The notes below the pieces were generated by a model. That model saw only the letters and a program-made list of their open reading frames with translations, was not told where the DNA came from and ran no database searches. A program made the translations under genes and the position numbers. A DNA stretch of 64,000 nucleotides from a virus, in the IMG/VR virus record IMGVR_UViG_3300027804_003127; one strand, written 5' to 3'. Shown here one piece after another: positions 45,674-55,940 of the stretch; position 1 is the first letter of the stretch, and the number at the start of each line of letters is the position of its first letter.

Positions 45674-46717
45674 ATGCAGGGTCAAATAAGCAAATCTTTA
45701 TTAAACAATGTTTGTGAAATGTGCAAGAATAGGGCAGTACAGGCAGCAGAAGGCAACGAGTATGCCATGTCTAGGGTTAAAAAAATTCCTAGTATTAGCA
45801 TACTTGGTGAAACAGCCAAGGACATTGACACAGTAAAGCGTTATTGCAATATATTTCTTGATGTTCTTAGAAGTTCTGGGATAGAGGAGTCTTCTATAAA
45901 AAGACTTTTTTTCAATGGTGGAGAGACAGATCCCGAATATCTTGACAAGGCCATGGGATGGAAATCCACTCCTTTTGTTTATAAACCTAGGAGAGGAAGA
46001 AATGAGAATCATACGAACACGAAACGTAAAGATAGCTTTAATTTTAGAAATCTTGTTGACACAGACTGGGGGAGTTACAGGGCAAATGCCATGAGGCATT
46101 ATGAAGAAGGTCTTTCTGACTCTACTGCTAGTAATAAAGATATTTTTATAAAGATGAGTAAAAAAGACTGGCTAAATATTGGTTTCAATTCTGGATGGCT
46201 AAAGGAAGGAGCAAAGCTTGAAGAAGGCGGCAAAGACATGGGGGATGTTTTTGGAGATGCGGACACAGAGCTTGACAGTAGCGGAAACATCGCTGAGTTT
46301 TCCCCATCAAGCGCAGAGAATATTGAATACACAATCGAATGGCTCAAGCCATACGTTAAAGATGATGTAATGAAGAAAATGATGCGCTATGAAAGAAGCA
46401 TAGCAAAAAATAAAAGTCTCAAGCATGACTTAAGCTCTATGGGTATTAAGGGTTTCGATAAGAATTTTTCCGACATGCCTCCTTATAGAATCATTGATGA
46501 AATAAACTCTGGAATATATCTTGCTACAGAGGAATTATGTGAAGAGGAAAATGCAGATGAATCGACGCCGTCATCTTTGACAAGCGATTCCTACTATTGC
46601 AAAGGAATGCTTGAAGATAATCCTCAGTTTGAAAAAATGAAGTACACGAAACATCACACCACATTAATGAGAGAAACAAAGAATTACTTTATTGAATTGA
46701 TAAAAGAAAGCGATTGA
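45674..46717 (+). CDS. hypothetical protein with internal KMSKKDW..GWLK motif
   Basis: AAGGAG RBS. Confidence 0.7.
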   Translation: MQGQISKSLLNNVCEMCKNRAVQAAEGNEYAMSRVKKIPSISILGETAKDIDTVKRYCNIFLDVLRSSGIEESSIKRLFFNGGETDPEYLDKAMGWKSTPFVYKPRRGRNENHTNTKRKDSFNFRNLVDTDWGSYRANAMRHYEEGLSDSTASNKDIFIKMSKKDWLNIGFNSGWLKEGAKLEEGGKDMGDVFGDADTELDSSGNIAEFSPSSAENIEYTIEWLKPYVKDDVMKKMMRYERSIAKNKSLKHDLSSMGIKGFDKNFSDMPPYRIIDEINSGIYLATEELCEEENADESTPSSLTSDSYYCKGMLEDNPQFEKMKYTKHHTTLMRETKNYFIELIKESD

Positions 46718-46988
46718 TAAAATATTAAATCAATTTGCGTACGAGTGGGCAAAGGAATGAATTAAAGCGATCCTCTCCAGTTCATGGTGAATGTTGTATC
46801 AAGTAAAATGATGCTGTCAAAAAAGCTCCTCAACAATTGGTGAGTAGAGTTTTTATAGTCTTTGGGGATGGGGGGGATACCTTATGGTGGTATAATATTA
46901 TAATATTATAAAAATGCAAAATGGGGGGAAGGGGAATACCTTATTGATTATTATATAAATATATAAAAATTGGGGGGTACATAAGAAA

Positions 46989-47393
46989 ATGGTGGATAAG
47001 AACTCCGATTCTGTTGAAGGTCAGCTTATTCAGTACGGTATAGAGATAGGATTCCTTATATCTGGCTTCTTCGGTGCGCTTCTGATGGTGTCGAAGACTG
47101 CTTCCCAGAGGATAGGGCCTACGATTGCGTCGCTGCTTGCGGGCACTGCGTGCGCCAATTATCTTACTCCAGTGATAATGAACGTGATGCCTGAGAGCAT
47201 AAGGGGCCAGGGCAAGTATGCTGTTGCTTTCATGATGGGTTTTATGGGACTGAAGGGCCTGGAGATAGTCATAGACAAGTTCATGAAGGTGAAGAAGGAA
47301 GAAAATGGGGAAAATACGATCTCCAGGACGAAGAGGGTTCCTGGTCGCAAGTTGACTAGTAAAAAGAGGGCTGCAAGAAGGAGGGAGAAATGA
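46989..47393 (+). CDS. holin-like membrane protein
   Basis: three TMs, basic C-terminal tail. Confidence 0.55.
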   Translation: MVDKNSDSVEGQLIQYGIEIGFLISGFFGALLMVSKTASQRIGPTIASLLAGTACANYLTPVIMNVMPESIRGQGKYAVAFMMGFMGLKGLEIVIDKFMKVKKEENGENTISRTKRVPGRKLTSKKRAARRREK

Positions 47394-47728
47394 GCTTTGT
47401 GATGTTGGTGAATCTGCTGGCGAACTGCGTGCTTACGGTTGCATTCGGTGCGTTCCTGATATTCCTGTTCGGCAGGGAGAACTCGTTGATACACAAGATG
47501 AAGGCATGCAACACGATATTTGTGAAGATTGCGCTGAGCATGTGTGCCTCTGGTGCCTTGTACAATGTGCTGACGCTGAGTGATCCTCCTTTGTCCGAGC
47601 TGGTGTTGAATGTGGGAATTGCTATGCTTTTCGCGTGGTCTGCTTACTTTCACTACATGAAGTTTGTGAAGCCGCTGAAGTCAAAGAAGGTAGTTGTGAA
47701 AAAAAAGCGGATTAAGAAGGTATCTTAG
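47390..47728 (+). CDS. membrane protein
   Basis: three TMs, basic tail. Confidence 0.65.
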   Translation: MSFVMLVNLLANCVLTVAFGAFLIFLFGRENSLIHKMKACNTIFVKIALSMCASGALYNVLTLSDPPLSELVLNVGIAMLFAWSAYFHYMKFVKPLKSKKVVVKKKRIKKVS

Positions 47729-47742
47729 ATGGAGGACTGTCT

Positions 47743-47898
47743 ATGCAGTACAAGATGTCGAGGGCGGAGTGGGAGAGGGTTGGTATGAAGGCTGGCTGGC
47801 TGAAGGAGTCGAAGGCTGGCCAGTGCTGGAGCGGTTACAAGATGGTTGGGATGAAGAGGAAAGGGAAGAGGCGCGTTCCTAATTGCGTGCCTAAATAA
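47743..47898 (+). CDS. 51-aa protein: YKMS..W..GWLKES + CWxGY...VPNCVP motif
   Basis: hand-translated; GGAGG RBS. Confidence 0.7.
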   Translation: MQYKMSRAEWERVGMKAGWLKESKAGQCWSGYKMVGMKRKGKRRVPNCVPK

Positions 47899-47909
47899 GG
47901 AGATTCTGA

Positions 47910-48734
47910 ATGCATAATGTTATAAATCCGTTGAGAGGAAGATTTGTACATGGAAAGGACGAGACGGACTACTTCGAAAGCGTTATAGCAAATGTTAACA
48001 CTGGGCAAGATCACACGTTTATTTTTTCTGTATGGAATGAGCCGTTGACGGAAGTACCCAAAAACTCCATACTGTTCTCTACTTCCGACGAACATCATCA
48101 GCAGCCGATTGCAAATCACTTGCATGAAAATTTGGCTCTTATATTCAAGCATTACTTTCCACGTGCTCCCATATGTGACAACAGGGTTCATCCTTTTCCT
48201 CTTGGCTATTTGACTGACTTTGGAGGCCACGGCCATACTCCGCTTGCCGAAAGGGCGCTTGACTACTCTTTCTCTGGAACTGCGAATGACAACGGAAGAG
48301 ACAAGATGAAGTCTGCCCTTGAGAGAAGGAGCAAAGATGGTAAGAATAAGTATTGGAAAATTCATCATGACGGATGGGGTAAAGGGCTGAAGATGTGGGA
48401 TTACGGATCTTTGCTTACAAAGACGAGGATTGCCTTATGTCCACCTGGATATACAAGTCATGAATCTTTTAGGATATTTGAGGCAGCGCGATGCGGCTGT
48501 GTGCTGCTGGTGGGAGACAAGCTGCCGACTCATCTATGGTATTATGAAGGATTTCCAGGAATAAGAGTGAGCGACTGGTCAAATCTTTCCATCATAGATG
48601 AGCTTTTGTCTGATCCAGTAAAGCTGCAGAAGATAGGAGACAGAACGCTTGAATGGTATAACCGATGCGTAGACCCTAAGGCTGTTGGCAAATATGTGAC
48701 GGAAAAGATAAAGTCTGCAGGAATTGTTGAATAA
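47910..48734 (+). CDS. exostosin/GT47-like glycosyltransferase
   Basis: ALCPPG..SHESFRIFEAARCGC. Confidence 0.75.
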   Translation: MHNVINPLRGRFVHGKDETDYFESVIANVNTGQDHTFIFSVWNEPLTEVPKNSILFSTSDEHHQQPIANHLHENLALIFKHYFPRAPICDNRVHPFPLGYLTDFGGHGHTPLAERALDYSFSGTANDNGRDKMKSALERRSKDGKNKYWKIHHDGWGKGLKMWDYGSLLTKTRIALCPPGYTSHESFRIFEAARCGCVLLVGDKLPTHLWYYEGFPGIRVSDWSNLSIIDELLSDPVKLQKIGDRTLEWYNRCVDPKAVGKYVTEKIKSAGIVE

Positions 48735-48823
48735 GTTAATAAAACTTATTGGTATGACGTTGGATGTTGAAGAATAATTAATGTGGATCATGAGTATAAG
48801 GGATAGCATGAGGAGAAAAATTC

Positions 48824-49222
48824 ATGGAATATAAGATATCAAAGTCGGATTGGCAGAGGATAGGCAGCAAGTCTGGCTGGCTGAAGGCGGCTTATGAAGG
48901 CGAGTTTATGAGGGTTCTTGACGAGGTAGTGCCTGCTTCTGTTTTTATTGATGATGAAATTGCAGGCGTGAGTCCTGACGAATACATGATAAGGATAGCT
49001 GGGGGGTGGAGTTCATATGACAACCAAGGTCCTGTTCTTACGGATTTTGAAGCTCAATACAAAGACGGAGTCGGAGGTCGTTTCAGGATAGACAAGTTGA
49101 ACGATGCACTTCAAATGTATGTGTTTAAGTCAGGAGAAGTCGCTATGGATAAAATAAGCCACTCTGACCTTAGGATAAGAATAAAAAACTACATAATGAA
49201 GCATGCTTTGCATGCGAGATAA
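48824..49222 (+). CDS. YKISKSDW-tag protein
   Basis: MEYKISKSDWQRIGSKSGWLKAA. Confidence 0.75.
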   Translation: MEYKISKSDWQRIGSKSGWLKAAYEGEFMRVLDEVVPASVFIDDEIAGVSPDEYMIRIAGGWSSYDNQGPVLTDFEAQYKDGVGGRFRIDKLNDALQMYVFKSGEVAMDKISHSDLRIRIKNYIMKHALHAR

Positions 49223-49243
49223 TTCATATAAAAGGGAAATAGC

Positions 49244-49711
49244 ATGAATATAAAGATATCAAAGTCGGAATGGCAAAGTATAGGGGCGCAGATGGGCTGG
49301 ATAAAGGAGTCGTTCTCGTCCTTCGACAGGGGGATGTCTGGCCCCGAGCGCGATCACGCTGGTGAAACAGGCAGGGAGTGGGACGCTGTTGCGGAGGGAG
49401 AGGAAGCGGAAGCCGTGATGGGCAAGATCATCGACCACAACGCCAGGGTGAGGGCGAGGCTTGGCGGTGGCGGCAAGCCCGACCCCAGTGACCGCGATGC
49501 GGCCCATAAGATAGTATCAGAGGCTGAAACGCATGGACACGAGGGGTTGGCGGTGAGCTCGGAAGGCATGATCGTGAAGACGACCGTGGTGAATGACTGG
49601 CTGGACAGGGGGACTGAAGTGTGGCTCGATCCCATCAAGGTGGACACCAAGCCGCACTACGAGAAGGGATGGAAGTCCACGAAGACCAACCATCCTGGAT
49701 ATCCGCTGTGA
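49244..49711 (+). CDS. YKISKSDW-tag protein
   Basis: MNIKISKSEWQSIGAQMGWIKES. Confidence 0.75.
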   Translation: MNIKISKSEWQSIGAQMGWIKESFSSFDRGMSGPERDHAGETGREWDAVAEGEEAEAVMGKIIDHNARVRARLGGGGKPDPSDRDAAHKIVSEAETHGHEGLAVSSEGMIVKTTVVNDWLDRGTEVWLDPIKVDTKPHYEKGWKSTKTNHPGYPL

Positions 49712-49739
49712 AAAGAAGTTAAGCTTATTAGGGAATGAC

Positions 49740-49835
49740 ATGGAGATGATACTGACACTAGCTTCGCTTGTCCTGAGCTTCGCCTGCGGAATAGCCGCAG
49801 GAAAGATTATCGAGATAAAAAGGTCATTGAAGTGA
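49740..49835 (+). CDS. tiny membrane peptide
   Basis: single TM, GTGA coupling. Confidence 0.35.
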   Translation: MEMILTLASLVLSFACGIAAGKIIEIKRSLK

Positions 49836-50365
49836 ACTGGTACAAGGCGGCTCAAGCCAGATATCCGTGGTTCGTCGTGCATCACGGCTTCTGGCACCAC
49901 ACCATGCAGTCCAAGACGTTTTCGGCACGCGGATACGACAAGCTTGACAACGGGATGGGGTATTTCCACATAACGGATGTCTTCAGGGACCCAGAGCGCT
50001 TCGGGCTGACGGATGACAAGCTTGTGGACCTCATATCGCAGGAGTTCGGATACGAAAAGGACAGCTACAAGCTGAAGGAAGTGTACAACAAGCTGCACAG
50101 CGGCGAGCTTGATTACAGCCACTCGGTACTGGAAGAACTTTATAATTTGGGGTGGATAAAGACATCGAAGGAGAGCGCCGAAGGCGCGACATACCTATGG
50201 GGCAAGAACAGAGACACTTTGCGCAAGGCGGTTGGCGACATGACGATGCAGATGAAGCCGAATGTGGAGTACAACATAAAACTGGGCGGAGTTGACAACA
50301 TCATCATCCACGATGTCGAGACTGCAGACAAGTACGCGAGGAGAGGCAAGATCTCGTACTGGTAG
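49832..50365 (+). CDS. MNWYKxAQ-tag protein
   Basis: MNWYKAAQ. Confidence 0.75.
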   Translation: MNWYKAAQARYPWFVVHHGFWHHTMQSKTFSARGYDKLDNGMGYFHITDVFRDPERFGLTDDKLVDLISQEFGYEKDSYKLKEVYNKLHSGELDYSHSVLEELYNLGWIKTSKESAEGATYLWGKNRDTLRKAVGDMTMQMKPNVEYNIKLGGVDNIIIHDVETADKYARRGKISYW

Positions 50366-50556
50366 ACGCGCGACGCCAGCGACATCATGTCTGTTTTATC
50401 CCCCCGAAAATTTATATGGGGGATTTTTTTATTATATAATTCATTCTGTCGGAGGTGTCAAAAAAAATTTTGGCGCGTGGCGAGCTTTTTATTGCTGATA
50501 GAAGGGGGGTTGGGAAGGGGATGGCGAATTTTATTAATAAATATTATCTATAGCAA

Positions 50557-50979
50557 ATGAGCGATGGATTGAAATACATAATCTCAAGAGACGAATGGAA
50601 GGCCATAGGAAGGTCAATGGGGTGGATGAAGTCCGCAAATTCTTCCGATGGCAAGGGTGGATTCGATGAAGTTGACGAAGATGGAACCGTGTTTGACGCG
50701 TTTCCATTCAAGGAAGACATGGTTGAGGTGTATTTCAAGCCAAAAGGAGACGGATGGTGGGAGGTAAGCTTTGTGTATGAAGGAGACTTTGGGGCAAAAG
50801 ACGGGACTGATGCGCAAGGGGGAGTCGCTCTCATGTCAAAGATCTCAGATGTAGTGAAGAGGCATATCGAAGCATACGGAGTTTCTGGGTACTATTATTA
50901 TGCCGCGACGGAGAGAAGAAGCAAGATATATGATTGGGTAGGAAAAAGAATAGGAATAAGGATGGTAAGAAAGACATGA
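50557..50979 (+). CDS. YKISKSDW-tag protein
   Basis: KYIISRDEWKAIGRSMGWMKSA. Confidence 0.7.
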   Translation: MSDGLKYIISRDEWKAIGRSMGWMKSANSSDGKGGFDEVDEDGTVFDAFPFKEDMVEVYFKPKGDGWWEVSFVYEGDFGAKDGTDAQGGVALMSKISDVVKRHIEAYGVSGYYYYAATERRSKIYDWVGKRIGIRMVRKT

Positions 50980-51407
50980 GCTGGTATAAATGGGCACAGT
51001 CACAGCAGGATGATAAGCCAGAGGATCCGATGGCTCTTACCAAGATAAAGATGAACTTTGACCGTCATCTCCCGCTTTCTAAAACGTCTGAAAAAACAGT
51101 GGTGTCTCTTGATGCAAAAAAGCTTATTAAAAGACTTGCGGAAGACCAACCATGGCAAGACATATCTCTTATGGAGAACAGAATTGACGACAGGGTTGGA
51201 GACGCAAAAAGATTTATCCAGAGGAATATAAATAATCCACAACACCCAAAGTGGGAGCCGAGTAAGGCTGTATTCAACGATGATGGCAAGCTTATGTTTA
51301 TTGATGGCAGACACAGGATAGCGGCTGCGATAGAACTAGGGTATACTTATGTACCTGTAGCAGTTCCTGTAGATCAAAAAGAAAAATTTATAAGAGAATT
51401 AGGTTAA
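50976..51407 (+). CDS. ParB/Srx-like nuclease-fold protein with MSWYKWAQ tag
   Basis: FIDGRHRIAAAIELGYTYVPV. Confidence 0.7.
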   Translation: MSWYKWAQSQQDDKPEDPMALTKIKMNFDRHLPLSKTSEKTVVSLDAKKLIKRLAEDQPWQDISLMENRIDDRVGDAKRFIQRNINNPQHPKWEPSKAVFNDDGKLMFIDGRHRIAAAIELGYTYVPVAVPVDQKEKFIRELG

Positions 51408-51408
51408 C

Positions 51409-52731
51409 ATGAACTGGTATAAATGGGCGCAACCTCAAAAAAATAATTCTGACGCTTTTGTTTTCTTTGGAGCTTCTGGAGACCTTGCTTACAAGCAGAT
51501 ATTCCCAGCACTGCAGGCATTAGCGCGCAGGGGCAAGTTGAATATGCCAATCATAGGCGTTGCCAAAGACGAATGGACAACAGACAAACTACTTGATAGA
51601 GCTGAGAAAAGCATCAAGGAAAATGGAAAGATGGATTCTAAAGGCTTTGATGTACTGAAGAAAAACATGAAATATATAAGTGGCGACATAGAGGGAGAGG
51701 AGCTATATAAGAATATACGCAAGGAGATATCCCAGTCAAAATCTCCATTCTACTACCTTGCGATACCTCCATCCCTTTTTGATACCGCAGTAATGCATCT
51801 GAAGACTTCAGGATGCGCTAAAGACGGCAGAGTTGCCGTAGAGAAGCCATTTGGCGAGGACGCGGAGAGCGCGTTGAAACTCAATAAGATATTGCATGCA
51901 GTCTTCCCAGAAGAGTCTATATTCAGAATAGATCATTTTCTTGGCAAGAAGAGGGTGCAGGAGCTTATCCCATTCAGATTTAGCATGGGCATGGACAATG
52001 AAAAATGGAGCAATAAATACATTGAGCACATCCAGATTGGCATGATAGAAGATTTTGGCATAAAAGGAAGAGGGGAATTCTATGACCAGAATGGATGCAT
52101 AAGAGATGTGTTTCAGAACCACTTGATGCAGCTTGTTGGAATAATTGGAATGGAACCATTCAACAAAGACAATCCAGAGACTTTCCGTGCAGAAAAAGCA
52201 AGACTCTTCTCAAGTACTCAAGCGCTTAGACCTCAAGATGTCGTAAGAGGTCAGTTCGAGGGATACGACAAGGAAGATGGAGTGAAGAAAGGTTCACAGG
52301 TCGAGACCTATGCCGCCATAAAACTTTCTATAAATAACAAGAGATGGAAGGGAGTTCCATGGTTTGTCAGATCTGGAAAGATGATGCCCATGACGAGCAC
52401 TGAAATATTGGTAAAGTTTAAGAAAGCCGTTAAAATTCCAATTCCAGAAAATGGCAAGATGGAAGGAAATATACTCAGACTTCAGATGGAAGGAGAGGTG
52501 GACAACATGCTTACATACGAGAGATTGTTCGGCTATGCAATGAAGGGTAGTCCTACTTTTTTCTCGAGACAGGATGAGGTCAACGAGCAGTGGAGGGTTT
52601 TTGATGGAATTCTTGGCAATAAAGTTCCATGTTTAAAATATAAACCAAAGACATGGGGGCCAGATGCTGACAATACAAATGTTGTGCCACCTGGCGGATG
52701 GATTGATCCTTTGGCTGTAAAAGGAATATAA
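51409..52731 (+). CDS. zwf: glucose-6-phosphate 1-dehydrogenase with MNWYKWAQ tag
   Basis: GASGDLA, EKPFG, RIDHFLGK, RDVFQNHL, RWKGVP. Confidence 0.92.
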   Translation: MNWYKWAQPQKNNSDAFVFFGASGDLAYKQIFPALQALARRGKLNMPIIGVAKDEWTTDKLLDRAEKSIKENGKMDSKGFDVLKKNMKYISGDIEGEELYKNIRKEISQSKSPFYYLAIPPSLFDTAVMHLKTSGCAKDGRVAVEKPFGEDAESALKLNKILHAVFPEESIFRIDHFLGKKRVQELIPFRFSMGMDNEKWSNKYIEHIQIGMIEDFGIKGRGEFYDQNGCIRDVFQNHLMQLVGIIGMEPFNKDNPETFRAEKARLFSSTQALRPQDVVRGQFEGYDKEDGVKKGSQVETYAAIKLSINNKRWKGVPWFVRSGKMMPMTSTEILVKFKKAVKIPIPENGKMEGNILRLQMEGEVDNMLTYERLFGYAMKGSPTFFSRQDEVNEQWRVFDGILGNKVPCLKYKPKTWGPDADNTNVVPPGGWIDPLAVKGI

Positions 52732-52732
52732 A

Positions 52733-53722
52733 ATGAAAAACATCTTTAATATATACCAAAACTCACTCATAAAGAGCGCCGAAGGAAAACCAAAAACTAT
52801 TATTGTCACTATTGCTGGGATGATCGAGCAGAAGGACTTAGGTCCATTAAAGGCTGTCTCCGATGTTAAATATCATGAGGTTAAAAGCATATCTGAAGAT
52901 GCTCTTGCGAAGAAATGCGAGGGATATGACTATTTGATGATAAACATGGATGCGCTGCCGCTGCAAGGAAAAGTTAAGCTTTCAGACAGCTTCTATTCAA
53001 AAGATTCGGTTAAGAATTTGAAGATGATTTCAGTAGACATGACTGGAATGGACTATTTCAGTCCAGATGCTGCAGAAAAAAACGAAGTTAAACTTAAGGG
53101 CATAAGTGATTATTCCACGGAAAGTGTCGCTGAATCGGTGCTTGCAGAAGTATTGCTGCACTCTCGTCAACGCCACATGGCATATATTGATCTTGTAAAG
53201 GGGAAGAAGCAAGAGGCCCGTAAGGGAATAAATCTTCTTAATAAAACGGCTGGCATAATAGGATATGGAAACATAGGAAGCAGGGTTGGAGACCTGCTAA
53301 AAGGAATAGGAATGAACGTAATGGCTTGGGACCCTTTTCCTAAAGCTGGATTAGAGGTTCATTCAATGAAGAAGATATTTGACAAGGCCGATGTCATATG
53401 CGTTCTTGCAAAGACAATACTGGAGGGCAAAGATTCAAATGTTGATCTGGTAGATTATGAGCTAATGAAGAGATCGAATGGCGCTATACTCATAAACTTG
53501 GCCAATCCTAGTTTGGTAAGCAAGGACGGTCTTTATCGCGCAATCAAGTCAGGTGCAATATCCGCATATTCATACCAGAAGGAATATGGGTCCGACAAGA
53601 AGGACAAGATTGACTCTTTGCCAAACGTGCATGTGTGTCCACCTAACGCATGGGACTCCGACGAGTCGAGGGAAGAGCTCAAAAAGGAATGGATGAACAA
53701 TATAATACAGGATATTAAATGA
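52733..53722 (+). CDS. D-2-hydroxyacid dehydrogenase-like protein
   Basis: STESVAE, GIIGYGNIG; catalytic motifs atypical. Confidence 0.75.
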   Translation: MKNIFNIYQNSLIKSAEGKPKTIIVTIAGMIEQKDLGPLKAVSDVKYHEVKSISEDALAKKCEGYDYLMINMDALPLQGKVKLSDSFYSKDSVKNLKMISVDMTGMDYFSPDAAEKNEVKLKGISDYSTESVAESVLAEVLLHSRQRHMAYIDLVKGKKQEARKGINLLNKTAGIIGYGNIGSRVGDLLKGIGMNVMAWDPFPKAGLEVHSMKKIFDKADVICVLAKTILEGKDSNVDLVDYELMKRSNGAILINLANPSLVSKDGLYRAIKSGAISAYSYQKEYGSDKKDKIDSLPNVHVCPPNAWDSDESREELKKEWMNNIIQDIK

Positions 53723-55908
53723 ACTGGTATAAGTGGGCACAAAAAAAGACTTTTGATGAACTTATTGCTAGATTGGAGTCTGATCCACGTGTAAGCAGAG
53801 ATCTTGTTGCTTGGATAAAATCTCTGCCAAGGGATAAGATGGGTCCAGCTGCAAACATGTTGATGAAAAATCCATCAGCAACACAAGAAGAATTAGAGAG
53901 AGCATTGCCAAAAGACAGGCAGCTGACGCCTCAGCAAAAATCATACATAGCAAACTTTCCACTCATACAAGATTGGTTGAAAAACATTCTGCTAAGAACT
54001 AGCGAAAAGAATAATGCAGAAGTTTTTAATACAATAAAAGATAAAGCTGCAAGAATTCGCGACTGGCTTGACAGAACAAGCTTAGAAAGAATCGAGGCTA
54101 TTGAAAGAAGAACTGGAAAGAAGCCAAATACTGAACCTCAAGAAGAAGCAAGAAAAATAATACAAGGGATGACCCTCAGTGAAGCCATAAATCAATCTGA
54201 AGAATGGCATAGAGAGCAAGCTGCATTGGGAGCAGGGGAGTACGCGCCTACCAAACCAGAAGACATTGTTAAAACGTATTCAAACGGATGGACATGGCAG
54301 AGAATATCTAGAGGTGTCGATGCCAGAATAGAGGGTAATAAGATGAATCATTGCGTAGGAAACTATTGCGATGATGTAGAGGATGAAAAGATAGACGTAT
54401 TTTCTTTAAGAGATGAAAAAAATAGGCCTTTAATAACCGCAGGAATGAATGTTAAAGATGGCTCTGTCCAGCAAATGAAGGGGTATAATGACACAAATGT
54501 TACTGATAAATATCTATCATATATTAAAGACATTATAGATATCAATAATGTATTTATGAACGACGGTGAAGAATATCTTCACGGCGACAATATGGAGAAG
54601 TTGGGACTACATAATATTTCAGATCCAATTGACTTTTCGCTACCAAAAAATAAAAGATTTATTGATATTGCACACAGAAAAATTATTGCTAATGGCTTCC
54701 CGCCAAAATGGGCTTTGCCGTGGGCTGAAGAGATATTGTTTGCGGGAAATGCTCCTAAAGAATGGTTCACAAATTTAGCATCATCTTTTAAAAGTGATAT
54801 TGAAAATAATGTTAAAAATAAGGAATTAAGGATATGGGTTGATTATGTCTTGGCAGGTAAGTCGTCTCCAATAAGTGTTGTACAAAAAATAGCTGACTTA
54901 ATAATAGAAGAAGCATCTGAACGTATAAAAAGTGCTAGCCCATGGTCATATAGTGATCGCTGGATATTAGATAAAATTGAACGAATGATGTTAGATGGCG
55001 ATGTCCCAGAAGAATTTTTTGAACTCGCCCATAAGCAAATATCGGAAACTGGTATCGCGCCAACATGGGCAGAGTCTTGGGCGATCAAAATTTTGAATGG
55101 ACCAAATCCTCCACAAGAATGGATTAATAAGATATCTTATTTTATGAAAAAACTTCCTAATAGTATTCCATCTTGGACTAACTCATGGACTGGCAGGCTA
55201 TTTAGTCGACCAGAAGGGCCTCCAAAGGATTTTGAAGAAGCAGTGATTGAATCCGTTGCCAAAAACGGGACACCCCCTGATTATGCCTATTACTGGGCAA
55301 TATCAAAGCTTAATTCACCAAATCCACCAAAAGGATGGATTAATATAATAAATAATTTTATAAAAAGAGACGGCATTGTTCCCATGTTTGCCCAAGAATG
55401 GGTAAGAGTAAAGCTTGCAACAGGTAATATTCCAAAAGAATGGGAGGACAAAATCATCACATATACTAAAGAAAATAATGCCCCTCCTAAATTCGCTGCA
55501 AAATGGATAGCAGATTCCTTGGAGTCGGAAAATCCTCCTAAAATAATTGTAGACCTTATAAATTCATTTATCACATCACCAGCAGGAGTGGTTCCACCAT
55601 TTGCCGCAAGATGGATAGATATGAAATTAGATTCAGGGGATTTTCCTGAAGAATGGATGATTAAAATAAATGAATATATTAAAACTTATGGGAAGCCTCC
55701 ACAATTTGCTCATAATTGGGCTAGTAAAATATTGAATTCAGGACAGGCTCCTAAGGAGTGGATAGAAACAATAAATAGAAGTATTGCAAAAACAGGCGAT
55801 GTGCCCGACTTTGCCTTTACTTGGGCTCGTAAAATATTGAACTCAGGACAAGCTCCCAAGGAGTGGATAGAAGCAATAAATAGAAAAAAAATGGATCTTA
55901 TAAATTGA
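53719..55908 (+). CDS. MNWYKWAQ-tag protein, PcfJ-like domain + ~35-aa PPxWAxxW repeats
   Basis: EGNKMNHCVG..YC...FSLRD; C-terminal repeats. Confidence 0.75.
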   Translation: MNWYKWAQKKTFDELIARLESDPRVSRDLVAWIKSLPRDKMGPAANMLMKNPSATQEELERALPKDRQLTPQQKSYIANFPLIQDWLKNILLRTSEKNNAEVFNTIKDKAARIRDWLDRTSLERIEAIERRTGKKPNTEPQEEARKIIQGMTLSEAINQSEEWHREQAALGAGEYAPTKPEDIVKTYSNGWTWQRISRGVDARIEGNKMNHCVGNYCDDVEDEKIDVFSLRDEKNRPLITAGMNVKDGSVQQMKGYNDTNVTDKYLSYIKDIIDINNVFMNDGEEYLHGDNMEKLGLHNISDPIDFSLPKNKRFIDIAHRKIIANGFPPKWALPWAEEILFAGNAPKEWFTNLASSFKSDIENNVKNKELRIWVDYVLAGKSSPISVVQKIADLIIEEASERIKSASPWSYSDRWILDKIERMMLDGDVPEEFFELAHKQISETGIAPTWAESWAIKILNGPNPPQEWINKISYFMKKLPNSIPSWTNSWTGRLFSRPEGPPKDFEEAVIESVAKNGTPPDYAYYWAISKLNSPNPPKGWINIINNFIKRDGIVPMFAQEWVRVKLATGNIPKEWEDKIITYTKENNAPPKFAAKWIADSLESENPPKIIVDLINSFITSPAGVVPPFAARWIDMKLDSGDFPEEWMIKINEYIKTYGKPPQFAHNWASKILNSGQAPKEWIETINRSIAKTGDVPDFAFTWARKILNSGQAPKEWIEAINRKKMDLIN

Positions 55909-55940
55909 ATGGCTATGAAAAACGAATAAAAGGTGGCTAA

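Noticed and set aside
50976-51407. ParB partner for the parS site at 6683
   Set aside because: Only the ParB/Srx catalytic-like domain is present, with no HTH, and it carries the WYKxAQ tag.
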